A DNA stretch of 32,000 nucleotides from Bacillus subtilis subsp. subtilis str. 168 (GTDB lineage: Bacteria > Bacillota > Bacilli > Bacillales > Bacillaceae), in contig NC_000964.3 of assembly GCF_000009045.1 (NCBI RefSeq), positions 2,820,001 through 2,852,000 of the forward strand, written 5' to 3'. This document shows positions 30,757-32,000 of this stretch, piece by piece. The notes under the pieces are model-generated. The model had not been told where the DNA came from. It ran no database searches and saw only the letters and a list, made by a program, of their open reading frames with translations. A program made the position numbers and the translations under genes. Numbering within the stretch: the stretch's first letter is position 1; each line of letters starts with the position of its first letter.

Positions 30757-31258
30757 CCAGCTTCTTCTGTGGCTGAAGGAATCTAAATCACCGCTGACAG
30801 GAGGAGAACTCGCAAAAAAAGCGAACGTCTCAAGACAGGTTATTGTACAGGATATATCGCTCTTGAAAGCGAAAAATGTACCGATTATCGCCACAAGCCA
30901 AGGATATGTATACATGGATGCAGCCGCTCAGCAGCACCAGCAGGCAGAAAGAATCATAGCATGTCTGCACGGTCCTGAACGGACAGAAGAGGAACTGCAG
31001 CTCATCGTCGACGAAGGCGTTACAGTAAAAGACGTAAAAATCGAGCATCCCGTATACGGAGATTTAACTGCAGCCATCCAAGTAGGCACCCGGAAAGAAG
31101 TTAGCCATTTCATCAAAAAAATCAATTCTACGAATGCTGCCTACTTATCACAGCTGACCGACGGCGTGCACCTGCATACACTGACAGCACCTGATGAACA
31201 TCGCATCGATCAAGCCTGCCAAGCCCTCGAAGAAGCCGGCATTTTAATTAAAGACTAA
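30716..31258 (+). CDS. niaR: Niacin-responsive transcriptional repressor NiaR (YrxA)
   Basis: 180 aa from TTG at 30716 (SD AAAGGAG). N-terminal HTH (GGELAKKANVSRQVIVQDISLLKAKNVPIIATSQGY) and C-terminal 3H domain. Confidence 0.92.
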   Translation: MTEELKLMGANRRDQLLLWLKESKSPLTGGELAKKANVSRQVIVQDISLLKAKNVPIIATSQGYVYMDAAAQQHQQAERIIACLHGPERTEEELQLIVDEGVTVKDVKIEHPVYGDLTAAIQVGTRKEVSHFIKKINSTNAAYLSQLTDGVHLHTLTAPDEHRIDQACQALEEAGILIKD

Positions 31259-31285
31259 AAAAAGCCCTCTAGTGGGCTTTTTTTA
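31256..31285. terminator. Bidirectional terminator between niaR and pheA
   Basis: aaaaaaagccc-tctag-tgggcttttttt; reaches into the pheA stop codon (31283-31285). Confidence 0.85.
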
Positions 31286-32000
31286 TAATTGGTAAGACTG
31301 GTATGCACCCAGAAGCCTCACTTTGCAGCCGAGTGCTTCAAGCTCCTGCATGGCCCCTGGAATCAATACATCATCAAACGCTTTCTCAATATCAATAATA
31401 AAGAAATAATGGCCTAATCCGGTTTTAGTCGGACGTGACTCAATTTTTGACAGGTTTAAATTTCTCCAAGAAAATGCAGACAGCACTCTATGCAGCGCCC
31501 CGGACTGATCATCCTGCGGCAGCATGACCATTAAGGTCGTTTTGGGCCTAGAGCTCAATTTTGAATTCACTTCAAAAGATATGTTTTCATCGGGAGACAG
31601 GATAACAAATCTTGTATGATTGTCCCTATAATCCTGTATATCCCGTTTCACGATTTTTAATTCGTATGTAGAAGCTGCCATATCATTGGCAATGACCCCG
31701 ATATTCAGCTCGGGATGGTCACTGACAAACTTTGCTGCCGCCCCGGTAGAATTGGCGTATTCATATGGAACGGAAGGAAAATGTCGATGAAGAAATTTAT
31801 GGCATTGCGCAATCGCGTGTGAATGTGAGTAAATTTTGTCGAGCTCTTTCCATGCATTCTCTCTTGAGGGATGGACGAGCAAGTGCTGGTGAATCGGCAA
31901 CGTCATTTCACCCACGATTGGCAAAGGCTGTTCATGTATTAAATAGTCTATTGTTAGATTAACAGATCCTTCTAAAGCATTTTCCAAAGGAACAAAAGCA
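31283..32000 (-). CDS. pheA: Prephenate dehydratase; 5' end truncated by window edge
   Basis: ...AFVPLENALEGSVNLTIDYLIH..., and ACT-domain ESRPTKTGLGHYFFIIDIEKAFDD. The reading frame stays open to 32000. Confidence 0.97.
   Translation of the reverse strand, partial: AFVPLENALEGSVNLTIDYLIHEQPLPIVGEMTLPIHQHLLVHPSRENAWKELDKIYSHSHAIAQCHKFLHRHFPSVPYEYANSTGAAAKFVSDHPELNIGVIANDMAASTYELKIVKRDIQDYRDNHTRFVILSPDENISFEVNSKLSSRPKTTLMVMLPQDDQSGALHRVLSAFSWRNLNLSKIESRPTKTGLGHYFFIIDIEKAFDDVLIPGAMQELEALGCKVRLLGAYQSYQL

Overview
This window looks like core chromosome of Bacillus subtilis (168/3610-like), roughly the relA to pheA segment. I recognised it from gene content, order and protein sequences; no database search was run. 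Readable order (strand in brackets): 3' end of an amidase-like gene (+), dtd (-), relA (-), apt (-), recJ (-), yrvD (-), yrvC (-), secDF (-), comN/yrzD (-), spoVB (+), yrbG (-), yrzE (+), yajC (-), tgt (-), queA (-), yrzS (-), ruvB (-), ruvA (-), bofC (-), csbX (-), yrbE/iolU (-), yrzF (+), a cluster of tiny genes, alrT (+), yebC-like (-), coxA (-), safA (-), nadA (-), nadC (-), nadB (-), nifS/nadS (+), niaR/yrxA (+), pheA (-, cut by the window edge). I see no mobile element, CRISPR array, phage, rRNA/tRNA or defence-like cassette, and nothing that supports a claim of a large new system. The observations most worth a second look are: (1) dtd has a good Shine-Dalgarno but AAG where the start codon should be; (2) the poorly characterised 20.8-21.45 kb pocket of tiny ORFs, including a DUF5412-like remnant whose Shine-Dalgarno faces ATT; (3) three TTKACAC direct repeats with an exact 12-bp period between nadB and nifS; (4) an internal Shine-Dalgarno inside safA; (5) a LexA-like box upstream of ruvA and cre-like palindromes upstream of yrbE.
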